64,000 nt of DNA from Eledone cirrhosa (taxonomy: Eukaryota): contig OZ024743.1 of assembly GCA_964016885.1 (NCBI GenBank), positions 195,796,001 through 195,860,000 of the forward strand, written 5' to 3'. This document shows, one piece after another, positions 11,750 through 24,950 of the stretch. Position 1 is the stretch's first letter. The number at the start of each line of letters is the position of its first letter. The notes beneath the pieces are model-generated. The model worked only from the letters and a program-made list of their open reading frames with translations. It was not told the DNA's origin and did not search any database. Made by a program: the position numbers and the translations under genes.

Positions 11750-11751
<2 letters not shown>

Positions 11752-11860
11752 CCCACTTATTCCAGAGAGTATCGACGGGACTGAATCCTCAGACAGGCCT
11801 TCCTGAAGGTCCTATCAGAAACCATTATGTCCAAATGATCCATTTGAAGACCCACGTGAG
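11750..11860 (-). repeat. Unclassified interspersed repeat with (AAT)n tail, related to 27170-27233
   Basis: The reverse complement GGACATAATGGTTTCTGATAGGACCTTCAGGAAGGCCTGTCTGAGGAT matches GGATATAGTGGCTTCTGATGGGACCTTATGGAAAGTGTGTCTGAGGAT near 27178. Confidence 0.55.
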
Positions 11861-11891
11861 ACCAACTGAGTTTACGATTTATATTCATTGT

Positions 11892-12437
11892 AATGTTCTA
11901 TGTAATCTTAATGTGTGGCACCAAACAATGTATATTTTGAATACGTCGTGTAGGCACATTAATCCTGGCGTCACTTTAGTATTTATATATGTTCATGATA
12001 GGCGGCGAATTGCCAGAGTTATTAGAACGTCGGATAGAATGTTTTATGGTATTCGTTCCGACTTTCTGCTCACGCTGAGGTCAACTTTGCCTTTCATCCT
12101 TTCGTGGTCGATAAAAAAAGTACCAGTCTAGTACTGGGGTTGATTTTTCGTCTATATCTCTCTCTCATTTCCTCTCTCTCATTTTTTTATCTTTCTCTGG
12201 AAGAAATCTGCGGTGGTCAGGCCTGGATAGGTATGGGCTACGCCAGGCTTAAAATGTCCAAGTAACGCTGTATGTCAATACGGCGCCCCTACGATTCTAT
12301 TAGGAGTTACGGGACCATGCAAACATACAATGTTCTATGTAATGTTAATGTGTTGCGCCAAACAAATGTATATTTGTATACGTTGTGTAGGCAGATTAAT
12401 CCTGCTGGCTTGTCTATTTAGTATTTATATATGTTCA
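11892..12437 (+). repeat. About 105-bp imperfect direct repeat (11892-11996 and 12330-12437) enclosing an old SINE (12000-12142)
   Basis: AATGTTCTATGTAAT..TTAATGTG...TTTAGTATTTATATATGTTCAT occurs twice. Confidence 0.7.
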
Positions 12438-15337
12438 TTATTCTCATCTCAAGTAATATTCTGATTGTTTCAATTCCCACACACTGGATATCTCAACTCA
12501 TAAAAGTTTTATACTCGGAAAATGTCTTCAATACCTTTAATAAGTTATCTAATTCCAATGAGATCGAACTTGGAAACAATCGATTTTTCTTTTTGTATCT
12601 TTTTATCATGGCTGTCTAGTTGGCTTCTTTATATTATTGTATTATTGTATTTACGCATATGTTATGCTATTGCCATCTTCAGATACTGTGTGCGGTGTAC
12701 ACTTATGCGTATAATAATTTTCTGAAGCTATGTTATTGTATTGACACGGTTTACAGTTTACATACTTACAAAGTCTCTTGGGTTTGAGATTCTATTCAGT
12801 TTTTGCTGAAATATATTAAGAGATAAAATCACCGATTGTCTGTTTATAATTTCCATAGTCTCCAATTTCAATTGGTGTCATATTTATGTTTTTCTATTGG
12901 TTACTATTCTCTTGCTGATAATAGTAGACTACTTAATACTGGATAGTAAAGTGGGCGCTAGCATGCTTGACGTAGCTTGTTATGAAAGTTTAATTAATTA
13001 AAATTACACCCTTGGTACTAAGAGCAAATCGTTATCTAAATGACTAACTTCGATCAAAATAGGCAAGGGAGACAACCCAGAGATTTTTTTATTAAATTTT
13101 TTATTAGATTTTTTATTAAAATTAATTAATGATGGAGAGTGACAACTAGAGAGTAAGTCTCAGCTTTTTCATTCACTCATTCATGAATTGATATTCGTTT
13201 GAGTTTGTCAATCATTAAAGTACAATGTGAATTAATAAAAACATCCTTGGCCTACTATATCAATTATGTTAGAATAATCATTTTTGCAACTGACCCTCGG
13301 GTTCATGGAGGCGCAGAAATACTCAAGTTTGTGAACAAGAGCGCAATCAAACGTCTGTCTTATCGATAATAGTGTGGTGCACGATTGCTATTAACATACC
13401 TCCAGCTCAAAGTAAATAGTTTCATTTTCTTTTGAGAGGTAGGGATAGTAGAGGTCTAAAGATTAATAACCCTGATTAAATATAAGAATGGAGCCTCTGA
13501 GAAGTTCCTTGTCAAACTTTGCAAAGTCACCGAGGATTCCTGCTACACAGTTCTGATTACAATTTGCCCTAGATTCAAATAGATCTAGACAAAATGATAC
13601 TAGGCACACACTTAAGACTAGGCCACACAATAATTATGAATTTGAGTAAAACTGACATGAGCTGTTTAGAACCACAAACGTTTCTCTAAGTGGTCAGGAT
13701 ATCGCCTCCGTCTGAGACAATGAAATAATACCAGTTGTGTTGTTTCATCGCTTCCGTGGGTCACGTTGAAGGTGTAGTATAGGCAAGAGCAATCGCGATT
13801 TTCCGTTAACACACGCAGCTGCTGCCTACATTGGAGAATCGCTCTGTAAATGTTATGATTTCCAACGATCACTGTTGGACGAACATAATTCTACCTCAGA
13901 ATTCCTATAATAATTCATATTGGTTTATGTTCATTTTCTGTTATAGTATTGTTCCTAGAAATATTCGTATCATTATGTTATTTAATCCCAGTCATCCCTA
14001 ATCAAGCAGATACATGATAAAAAATAATCCAGAGGTGTCCATCCCGTCTCTTTACAGATTTGTTGGGCTATGTTGTCTAACGTGTGTTTTTCTCGCATAG
14101 TACATTAGGCTATAATTTTATTCATTGACAATAAATAATTTATTTCCTTGGCTTATCCGTCGTTATATTATTGCTACTGTTGTTGTTGCACTTTAGCGCC
14201 AATTAATCTCTGACTCAGCAGACCTATTATCAAAGACGTCAAACCCATGATCACCCTGTTCTTCTCTCCATGGACTATACACAATACTTTTTTCATGAGG
14301 GTAAGGTTAATCTGAAAGAGACTTGGCTGCTTTTTCTAGCATGTCACGTGATTACATTAAGGTTCCTTCGTTGTCTCTTTCCTCATTATATTAGCATACT
14401 GTATAAGTGATTTCTGTCATTGATATTTCTGTTATTAAATTCTCGTGTCTTTCCAACCCAGTTTCTATTTTCCATTTACCCTCATACATGAAGAATTCAA
14501 TGTTTGTCATCTTCCAAATTATTCATAAAATGGCTGAAGGAACGCAACTCATGGGAGCCTTGTGAATACTAAATACATGTACGATAAGGTCCCAGATACG
14601 TTATGAAGTGAGTTGAAAACTCCGATTAATTGAGATTATTCATGCAGCTTGTAGACAAAATCTCCCTCTAGACGTGCTTAAATTCTAAAAACGGCAAGCA
14701 AGGGAGTTATCTTAAATCAAACCAACTAATTGAATTTTGGGAAAATAAAGACGATTCAAATTAATGTGAAGTTCCACTTTAAAGCCGGTTGGTGAAAGCA
14801 ATGGACAAGTTTTGGTCTCAATAGAGATATTCAGCGAAGTACAAATCTAATCCGTTGGAAAAAAAACATGGCAGCAATAGACGTATATAGGAATTTATGG
14901 CATGAAGTGAGACTGATCTACGTTATTGTTACTGTTTTGTATTGTTAAATATATGGTACATGTTATATAGACATATGTTGGTACATGTATTGATACATAA
15001 TTATTACATCACGATAACAAGAGTTGCACTTTTTATATAATTGACGGGTATTGCATCTATAACATCTGGTGGAGTCGTAGGAGTGCTGTAGTGTAATTTG
15101 GTGTCTCTTGTGCATTTCAAACCTGGTGGCACCCATTCCTCTCCCGATCTGAACACAACCGAGATACTGTGCGAGAGTGATACAGAGGAAATATTGGTGT
15201 TTTGTAACCATGTTTAATTTTTTTTTTCTTGTTCGGTAATCAACTGAATTTTCCGGGTTAAATACTACAAAAGTGTCTTCAAAAGATGCACCTAACATCT
15301 AAAATTCATTTTAGATAATATTATTAACTTATTTGAC

Positions 15338-15515
15338 GGTGGATTGGCAGTATCGGTAGAGGGTCGGACGCCATGCTTTGAAGCATAGAGTTACCTCCTT
15401 TTATGATCTGAGTTCAAATCCCGCCGAGGTTTACTTTGCCTTTCATCCTTACGGGGTCGATAAAATACCAGTAATGCACTGGATCATTGCTGGCCTTGTG
15501 CTAAAAGTAGAAACA
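15338..15515 (+). mobile_element. tRNA-derived SINE with 18-bp TSD
   Basis: A and B boxes. TSD ATTATTAACTTATTTGAC at 15320-15337 and 15516-15533. Confidence 0.93.
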
Positions 15516-15544
15516 ATTATTAACTTATTTGACCTTTAATAATG

Positions 15545-15756
15545 GTTTTGAATTCAGGAACAGGGCCAGGATTTGTGGTGCTGGGAGAGTTGATAACATT
15601 CTCCTCAGAACGTAATTTGTACCTTATTTTATCGAGCTCGGAAAATGAAAGGCGAACTTTGCTTCGTAGGGATTTGAACTAGGAACGTAAAGAGCCGGAA
15701 CAAATACTGCTAAGCATTTACGTGATACACTAACGATCTGGCAATCTACCACCTTC
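15545..15756 (-). mobile_element. Older tRNA-derived SINE
   Basis: Reverse complement shows GGTAGATTGCCAG, GTTCAAATCCC and GCCTTTCATTTTCCGAGCTCGATAAAATAAGGTAC. A similar decayed copy lies at about 16435-16688. Confidence 0.75.
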
Positions 15757-17815
15757 GCTTGACTTTTGATAATGACAGAACAACTATAGTTCATTGGTGA
15801 TGTGGCTTTAACTAGTTACAGACAACCTATCATTCGGCTTAGCAATAACCTATTAACTCACATTGACACACAGAATTATTCAGTGTTATACTTTTTACAT
15901 CAGCATCTGTCAAAATCTGTAAGCACATAAATCTACAGTAATTTATGCACTCCACCCACTCCTCCACACAGAAACAGATACAAGCACACATACGAGCGCT
16001 TAGAGGCTGATACAAACCTAAGAATCTCACACAAAACTACAATCATACATACTTAAATTATTATGTTAAAAACGAGTAACAGTTGACAAATATACTGTTC
16101 ATAAACATAGGTAAGTGTGCTGTTTTTTATTCAGTAGTTTTGTTTCTCTTTACTTTCTTTTGACAAATATATCTGAAATTCTATTTTGATTCTATTTTGA
16201 TTCTATTAGAACCGATTCAGTAATCTACTGTCTAATGTATGTATGCGCCAATAACTCCTGATATAGGAGTGCTGTATTAACATACGGTGTGTCTTGTGCA
16301 TTTAAAACCTGGCGGTGCCCATTCCTCTCCCCGTCTGAACACAGCCGAGCTTTTCCAGAGAACGAGCGAGAGTGATAGAGAGGAAATGAGAAAGATATCT
16401 AGAAAAATAATCAGCCCATAGTAGTAAACTATTATGAATTCGAGAACAAAGCCAGCAATTTGTGGATGCGTAGAATTGATAACATTGTCGCTAGGACATA
16501 ACTGGTACCTTATTCTATCGACCTCGGAAAATGAAACTTGACCTCATAGAGATTTGAACTAGATCTCGAGTAGAGTTCATTCAACGGTGACCTCAGCGGG
16601 ACTTGAACTAAAAAAATGCAGAGAAGCGGAACGAATATCCTACAAAGAATTCTATTAGACGTTCTAACGACTTTGCCATTTCGCTGCCTATACTGTTTAA
16701 TACTGAACTGTAATATACCATTGAATATTCTCCCTGTGTTCATCATTGCAACATAGATCATATTCCTTTCGATCTTCTTCTATACTATAGGGTAAAAGAT
16801 GCCAAAGAAATGATAAGCATATCAGATACTGGAAAGATATCTTTCAAGTATACGATCACTTTACTTTAATTTCAATGAAGCTTCCATCTTTGAAACGGTC
16901 CAACACCCGATTAAAAGTAATCTACCGATTAATATCTCCAGTTATTATCCCTGAACACTGAAGTTATTCAAATAAATATACGATTAAAATGAAGAGCTGC
17001 TTTTAAAGTATTGTATAACTGTAGCTGTCCTATAATATTAGCATGATCCTGGGAATAAAACTGCTGACTGCTGGCTACATTTATGATTGATAGATCTCTT
17101 GTTAATGTTCCTGTCATTGAACTCTGGCATACTTCTGTGCAGATCGATACTAATTAATCATCACCTCCAGGTTTTGATCGATATAAATGTAATCATTACC
17201 AAGAGAGATCTGTTTGGTTTTCTTACGTAATCATTGGTGACATTATTTATTGCATACCACGAGAGAAATCAATGAACTTCATTCAGAGGAAGAGAAAATA
17301 TAACTCCATACATCGCCTAACGAATTCTAATTTAGCAGACAGGTACACAAATTTCACCCAATCAGTAATTTTGTTGGTATATCTCTTCAGATGGTTTCAG
17401 GCATGGATATTTATATAGAAACACACACAGACACACACAAAAACATGCACATTCATGCACACACGCATACATACACAGACACACTCAGATACAAACACAA
17501 ACACACATAGATATATATGTATATATATGTGTGTGTGTGTGTGTATCTGTGTGTGTGCAATATATACATGAATATATATATATGTATGTATGCAAATGTA
17601 TATATATATATATGTGTGTGTGTATTATATATATATAGATGTGTGTGTGTGTGTATGTATGCATGCATGTATGTATGTATATCTGTATCATTGTATATCT
17701 TCTGATATATATATATACATATCCACCAAATACGTAGCCTCTTCGAAACAGTAAATAGAGAAGAGTAGTTAAAATCCATTTTACCGAATGAAACAGTTCT
17801 AGTCCTGTAGAAGCC

Positions 17816-17863
<48 letters not shown>

Positions 17864-17867
<4 letters not shown>

Positions 17868-18044
17868 AAGCATCTACAGGACTAGGACTGTTTCATTCGT
17901 GAGAAATCATCAGGATCTTCCTGATGATTTCTCACGAATGAAACAGTTCTAATCCTGTAGAAGTTTTTTCTATATTAAACATTTATACTCTGCTATGTAT
18001 TGAGTACCATACTTACTGTGGTTACCCCCGATTGAACCCGGAAT

Positions 18045-18048
<4 letters not shown>
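17864..18048 (+). mobile_element. Penelope-type 3' end with HHR, preceded by its own inverted copy, inside (TA)n
   Basis: Inverted arms meet near 17915. Same family at 39875-40110 and, in part, 17785-17821. Confidence 0.8.
17917..17963 (+). ncRNA. Type I hammerhead ribozyme motif
   Basis: cttc-CTGATGA-tttctcacgaat-GAAA-cag(ttctaatc)ctg-TA-gaag. Confidence 0.8.
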
Positions 18049-18105
<57 letters not shown>

Positions 18106-18507
18106 ATAGCTCGATTTGTATGTATACATACTATTCATACATTTTATATTGTAATTGAACACTACTGTATGGTTACATGTATCTGGCGTTATGTTCAACG
18201 CATTTCTTACGCGGTATTTTCTTTAAGAAGTATCGAGCTTTCGATTTCTTCGCCGGTGTTTTCATGTTTTAGCGATATACTTGATAAAAACAACTTTCTC
18301 CTTCCTATACCCTATTTCACCAACTTCTTAGCTAAACCTAGGTCCCCTACGTGTTAATCAAACTATGCCTACGCCCCAGAAGAAGCAGTTATATTACGGA
18401 TTGAAATACAAATAATTCAGTTAGCCTCTTCCTATCTAAACGGTATGTGCTCAGCCGTAGTGCAGAAAGTAATTTTAAATTGTGTGTATGTAGGTATATG
18501 TATATAG

Positions 18508-18580
<73 letters not shown>

Positions 18581-18581
<1 letters not shown>

Positions 18582-18834
18582 GCTCTGTATAATCAGCTCC
18601 TGATTATTACTGGAATTCTATAAGAATCCAGCTTCTATAATTTTCGGCGGGAGCAGGGGAGTACGTGGTTCTGATGAACGCCAACCAGCGTGGAACAGAC
18701 TGTCAGCTTCTCTCCCTTCTTTCGCCGAAAAGAAGTAAGACATAGTCACTACTTTATAATAGCGTATGGTCTTCTAAATGTTTGTAATTTAACATACCGT
18801 ACATTGCCAAATACACTATACATACATTCATATA
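18581..18834 (+). mobile_element. Solo diverged monomer of the 320-nt HHR repeat family
   Basis: Colinear with the reverse complement of the 38449-39521 unit, from CGCTCTGTATAATCAG to ACATTCATATATA. HHR core CTGATGA at 18671-18677, with GGAA in place of GAAA. Confidence 0.82.
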
Positions 18835-18849
18835 TATATATAAAGTAAT

Positions 18850-19035
18850 TGTTTCTACTTTTGGCACAAGGCCAGCAATTACCCATTGCATTACTGGTAC
18901 TTTATTTATCGACCCCGTAAGGATGAAAGGCAAAGTTAGCCTCGGCAGGATTTGAACTCAGATATGAAAGGGGCGTAACCCTGTGCTACAACGCATGTTG
19001 TCCGACCCTCTACCGATACTGCCAAACCACCACCC
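18850..19035 (-). mobile_element. tRNA-derived SINE with 15-bp TSD
   Basis: TSD TATATATAAAGTAAT at 18835-18849 and 19036-19050. Full A box, B box, core and tail on the minus strand. Confidence 0.9.
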
Positions 19036-19055
19036 TATATATAAAGTAATAAATA

Positions 19056-19507
19056 TAAATTTGAAGACTAAAATCCAAAGCGGGCTCGATAAGGATAAAT
19101 ATATATCAAATCTATAAGAACCCTAGAGCAAATATTTATTAAAATATCAGATTAAAGTTTAAGCAAAGAATGGCTACTTTCACCCTTAACGTTAAGGGTG
19201 AAAGCAGCGATTCTTTGCTTAAAATAACAGATTAAAGTTTAAGGAAAGAATCGCTACTTTCACCCTTAACGTTAAGGGTGAAAGCAGCGATTCTTTGCTT
19301 AAAATAACAGATTAATATATATGTGTGTGTGTGTTTTGTGTTACGTAATTCCGTAAAAGGGTAAAAGAAAGAAGTGCTCTATGTAGAGTACAGAGCTATT
19401 CCATTACCCAAGTTTTATGATAGAATCGTCTAACTTCGTGAAACCTTGGGTAATGGAATAATTATATTTTGGTGTTTATTACATATATATATTTATGTAT
19501 GTTTATT

Positions 19508-19539
<32 letters not shown>

Positions 19540-20400
19540 TTATATATATGGTTATCCAGACCACTGTGCTACATTTACACCAACACATCACCCATCTCTT
19601 TCCATTGAAATTAGAAGCTAGATTCTTAGCGAGTACAAATGACAAGTAAATATGTTTTGAAACAGTGAGCAGGTTTGAAATTAGAAAACAGAATAAATGT
19701 CACCGTATTTTTTTACTAAAGACATTTTAGTCTGATCAGAGGGGGGGGGGGGTCGAGAACAGTCATATAAATGGAAAAATGTACGTCAATTCTCATCAAT
19801 AAATTTGAAGACTAAAATTCAAAGAGGGCTCCATAAGGATAAATATATATCAAATATATAAGAACCGTAGAGCAAATATTTATTAAAATAACAGATTAAA
19901 GTTTAAGCAAAGAATCGCTGCTTTCACTCTTAACGGAATCTTCTGAAACTAAAAAAATCAATCTGTGAACGCAGAAGTAAATATCTCGAAAAACGTTGCA
20001 CCCGAAGGAAGACAGGAAGACGATACTTTGGTTCGTGAAAACGTTTCCTGGCAAAGAACGGGAAAAAACAAATATAATACGTCATTAATTGGACCAGTGA
20101 GAACAATTACACGCAAAGACAAAACCACGTTTATGGTATAAATGAAGTCGTAGACTAATATTCTATTAGGTGGTTCGTGGAGACGTTCCCTGGCAATGAA
20201 CAGAAAAAACGAAGATAATACGTCATTATGTGGAGCGGTTAGAATAATTACACGCAAAGACAAAACCACGTATAAGGTATAACTGAAGTCGTTTACTAAA
20301 CTTATATTTAGGAAACCGAATGATTCTCGGTTTCAGAATTAAGAATAATATAAATAAATTACAGAGGTTATTGAAATCAGCAATAATTAAATATATAGAT
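19056..20400 (-). repeat. Unclassified TA-associated repeat family (copies 19056-19315, 19799-20400; + strand copy at 27793-28050)
   Basis: Shared AAATTTGAAGACTAAAAT..AAGGATAAATATATATCAAAT..GCAAAGAATCGCTGCTTTCAC sequence, ending at (TA)n at 28051. Probably a Penelope-type 3' region. Confidence 0.65.
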
Positions 20401-20773
20401 GCACGCATCCATATACGTACATACACATGCATACGCGGAAACATCCGCCATGGGTATGTAAATACGGGCACGTACACAAAACCACGCGCGCACATACAAA
20501 ACCCACGTACCGCTTGTACCCGCACACATACGAGCGTATACACCAAATACACATAAAACATATAAAAAAAAATATATATATACATGTGTGTGTGTGCGCG
20601 TATACATATAATTATATAAACGTGTATAAATATACGCACATATATATATTATATAAACGTGTATAAATATACGCACATATATATATATATATATAAATGA
20701 ACAGATATATAGATAGATTTAATTTCATGGCTTCTACGGATTCATACTTTAGTCTTATTATTGATGATTGTTT

Positions 20774-20868
20774 AAGGTGGACTTTGCCTTTCATCCTTAC
20801 GGGGTCGATAAAATAAAGTACCAGTAATGCACTGGGTTATTGCTGGCCTTGTGCCTAAAGTAGAAACA
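20774..20868 (+). mobile_element. 5'-truncated SINE with 17-bp TSD
   Basis: TSD ATTATTGATGATTGTTT at 20757-20773 and 20869-20885. Confidence 0.9.
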
Positions 20869-20944
20869 ATTATTGATGATTGTTTTCAGTAAGTTTCTCC
20901 TAGCCAGAGCTACTTCCTCTGATCTGTGCTCCATCTGTTTTCTC

Positions 20945-21022
<78 letters not shown>

Positions 21023-21502
21023 GATTCCGATTTCCTTTTTTACTCACATCTATCACTTTATTCTACTAATCGAAGTAATGATTTTACGCTTGTGTTCACT
21101 ACTTTCAGTTGTCAGATTTCAGTTAATCAGGGATCCTATTGCATCTCATCATTTATATTACTCAGAAACTTACTTACTATTTATAAATTGGTAGAAATAA
21201 AGTATATGTAATATAACTAATATCATAGTTAAAATATTATATTGAATCAATTTGTGGCAAGCGCCTTACGGTAACTGCGCCCGCTTCAATTAGTAGTAGA
21301 AACCATTTCATTTCTCTTACGTCGCTAATGTATCTAAAAAGACATTAGTAACATAACTTTTCCGAACGCCTAAAATAATGAGGCTTTAACGGCTAGTTTA
21401 TTGGAAACCAATATTTAATCAATCCACAATTTTGTGAGAAATATGTCAATAACTAATACAACACATTAGTGAAAAAGAAAAAATCCTTTGCGAAGATTTT
21501 TC

Positions 21503-21556
<54 letters not shown>

Positions 21557-21930
21557 TTAAAAGAATAGAGGTGTAACACACGACTTATGATATATTGGTA
21601 AAAGGAAAAGAAAATGCTGACAAATTGTTCCCAGTGAAAAATAGTTTAATTAGGAATAAGTAAAAATTCCTAATAGTATTGGTTAGTATTCAATGTTAGT
21701 TTTAAGTTTTACCGGTTGCGCATTTCTAATGCTTTTCAAAAATAATTTTCAGATATAGCGCCCGTGATGTTTGCTCTCTCAAAATTATTTTTGAAAAGCA
21801 TTAGAAATGCGCAACCGGTAAAACTTAAAACCAAAACTGAATACTAACCAATACTATTACTAATTTTTACTTATTCCTAATTAAACTATTTTTCACTGGG
21901 AACAATTTGTCAGCATTTTCTTTTCCTTTT

Positions 21931-21935
<5 letters not shown>
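21557..21935. mobile_element. Head-to-head pair of Neptune-like PLE 3' ends (variant subfamily) in (TA)n
   Basis: About 160-bp inverted arms homologous to 59765-59976. Confidence 0.85.
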
Positions 21936-21969
<34 letters not shown>

Positions 21970-21973
<4 letters not shown>

Positions 21974-22471
21974 AAAGAATAGAGGTGTAACACACAAGTT
22001 ATTATATATTGGTAAACGGAATAGAAAATGCTGACAAATTGTTCACAGTTAAAAAATGGTTTAATTAGGAATAAAAGAGTATTAGTAATTGTATGGGTTA
22101 GTATTCAGTTGTGGTTTTAAGTTTTTAAGTTTTTACCGGTTGCGCATTTCTAAATGCTTTTCAAAAATAATTTTGAGATAGAGTGTCCGTGCTGTTTGCT
22201 CTGATCTGATTAGTTTTGGGAATTCTACCTGTTTTTATGTTAAAAAAGTGGCTCCAATTTGCAAAAATTCTTGTGGTCAAAACAATTTTGATTGGTCGAT
22301 AGAGGTCATGTGAATGTAAAAAATTGATTTTGCACCAAGACTGTTTTTATGTTAAAAAAGTGGCTCCAGCAAAAATTTTTGTGGTCAAAACAATTTTGAT
22401 TGGTCGGTAGAGGTCATGTGAATAAAAAATTGGTTTTGCGCCAAGATTGAGAAATGACTCTTTCACAACAA

Positions 22472-22555
<84 letters not shown>

Positions 22556-22630
22556 TAGTAGTAGTAGTAGTAAGGTGTTCGATGTTGTGATAATGGTTAG
22601 CAGCGATTTGGGTCAAATGGCTATTAAGAT

Positions 22631-22678
<48 letters not shown>

Positions 22679-22820
22679 ACCAGTATTTTTTTCAAATGGT
22701 AAAATGGTGTACATTATTCGAATTTTTCAGTAAAATCGGTTCTCTTAATAGAACATCAAAAATCTTAACAAAAAAAGGTGTGAAATGATATTCACTATAT
22801 ATATATACACATACATATAT

Positions 22821-22878
<58 letters not shown>

Positions 22879-23458
22879 TACATATATATATGCACATATA
22901 TTTTTTTGTGTTTTACCATAGAGCATGTGTGTTTACGTATGTCATTGTGTTTATATGTGGGTAGAGATGTGTGCTGATGTAGGTATGTATGTTGACGTGT
23001 GTATGTTGTGGGTTCGTCTTAGGGAGAAGTGTTTAGACGGGGTCCGTATTTGTTAATGAAGTAAGATTCCTTGCTGATGCGCTGGGTGCGGGTGGCATTA
23101 TGTTTAAAATCTTTTTTAACATAAAAACAGTCTTGGCGCAAAATCAATTTTTTACATTCACATGACCTCTACCGACCAATCAAAATTGTTTTGACCACAA
23201 GAATTTTTGCAAATTGGAGCCACTTTTTTAACATAAAAACAGGTAAAATTCCCAAAACTAATCAGATCAGAGCAAACAGCACGGACACTCTATCTCAAAA
23301 TTATTTTTGAAAAGCATTTAGAAATGCGCAACCGGTAAAAACTTAAAAACTTAAAACCACAACTGAATACTAACCCATACAATCACTAATACTCTTTTAT
23401 TCCTAATTAAACCATTTTTCAACTGTGAACAATTTGTCAGCATTTTCTATTCCGTTTA

Positions 23459-23465
<7 letters not shown>
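21970..23465 (-). mobile_element. Neptune-like PLE, 5'-truncated, with an inverted 3'-end copy (23112-23465)
   Basis: 23017-23108 is the reverse complement of the end of the GIY-YIG ORF at 58566-58657. The remainder matches its 3' UTR. Both outer ends abut (TA)n. Confidence 0.9.
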
Positions 23466-23519
<54 letters not shown>

Positions 23520-23825
23520 CATATATATGTGTGTGTGTTTCTTGTTTTTTTTCTTGGACAATATTCTTTGTTAAAACCACTCAATGCATCTGCTGTGTAG
23601 AAATAATGGTCTACGTAACCACTTTACCTTAATTGAATCTTCTTTATTAATGTATGAATATGTTTTCATAGTTTGACCACTTCAAGATCGATTTTCGTTC
23701 AGAACTGCATATTGTTCGTACTCATCAATTATGGTGTCACTGCAATAATTTGTCTCCGGTGTTTGTGTATGAGAGGAAGAGTGTATACTCGCACACATAA
23801 CTATATTTATGCATACACACACGTC

Positions 23826-24300
23826 TGTGTTTATATGTGTTTGTTGTTATTGTACTAGTTTATATACTTATTTATTTATTTATATTTCCCTCAGGTCAGT
23901 ATTGTGTGGTTGGGTATGGTTGTTGTTATTCCATTCGTTTTTTCTGTTCAACTTCGGTTTTCTTACTTCTATCTCAGTTGCTTCATACCCAAACACACAA
24001 TACTGACCTAAGGGAAATATAAATAAATAAATATATACACAAGTACAATGACAACAAACACACATAAACACACACTAGTGAACAAATATAGAATACAAAA
24101 CACATAGACTCAAACGCGAACACACACACCAAACAGAAAACACACACAAAAAAGCATGCGTAAACAGAGAGAGATACAAGATTAAATACATAAATAAATG
24201 AAATAAAAATAGCGTACACATTACAATACAGAGGGAGGAAACATAATAGTACCACTGATGATGTCACAGGTGTGTAACGAAAGAAATTTGATAGCTTATA
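23826..24300. repeat. Inverted repeat (about 90-bp arms, 23826-23918 and 23985-24072) within an unclassified repeat related to 32655-32806
   Basis: Arms visible directly. ATAATAGTACCACTGATGATGT is shared with the minus strand near 32690-32710. Confidence 0.65.
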
Positions 24301-24457
24301 TATATATATATATTTATAACTGTATTTTTGAAATGTTGTTCAATCAATGATTAACATTGATTACCAGATAAATTAATTATGCAGAGATAAAAGATACAGA
24401 AACGAAAGCCAATCCAAACCAAACAGTGAGTGTATTCTGTTATTATTTCTGACAATA

Positions 24458-24644
24458 GGGCGGTGGATTGGCAGTATCGGTAGAGCGTCGGACGCCATGC
24501 TTTGACGCATTGAGTTACGGCCCTTGCCATTCTGAGTTCAAATCCCGCCGAGGTTAACTTTGCCTTTCATCCTTACGGGGTCGATAAAATAAAGTACCAG
24601 TAATGCACTGGGTAATTGCTGGCGTTGTGCCAAAAGTAGAAACA
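24458..24644 (+). mobile_element. Full-length tRNA-derived SINE with 16-bp TSD
   Basis: TSD ATTATTTCTGACAATA at 24442-24457 and 24645-24660. A and B boxes present. Confidence 0.94.
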
Positions 24645-24687
24645 ATTATTTCTGACAATATTATAACATATGACCATCATCAAATAA

Positions 24688-24765
<78 letters not shown>

Positions 24766-24857
24766 TATATATAGCAATGCAACTGTCTCATTATGAGTAG
24801 GTTTCATTGAGACTATTTGTCTTTCAAATACTAATAAAACAACGAAAACTGAGGCTG

Positions 24858-24905
<48 letters not shown>

Positions 24906-24950
24906 ATATGTATGTATGTATATATATATATACACATATATATGTATGTC

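Noticed and set aside
13340-14920. Host gene exons in complex sequence
   Set aside because: No sustained ORF. The short minus-strand hint GDFAKFDK suggests very old LINE debris, too weak to annotate. The same applies to 35370-36850 and 46000-46640.
24250-24295. HHR at CTGATGA..GAAA
   Set aside because: No stem III/UH or stem I closure. The related copy near 32690 has GAAG.
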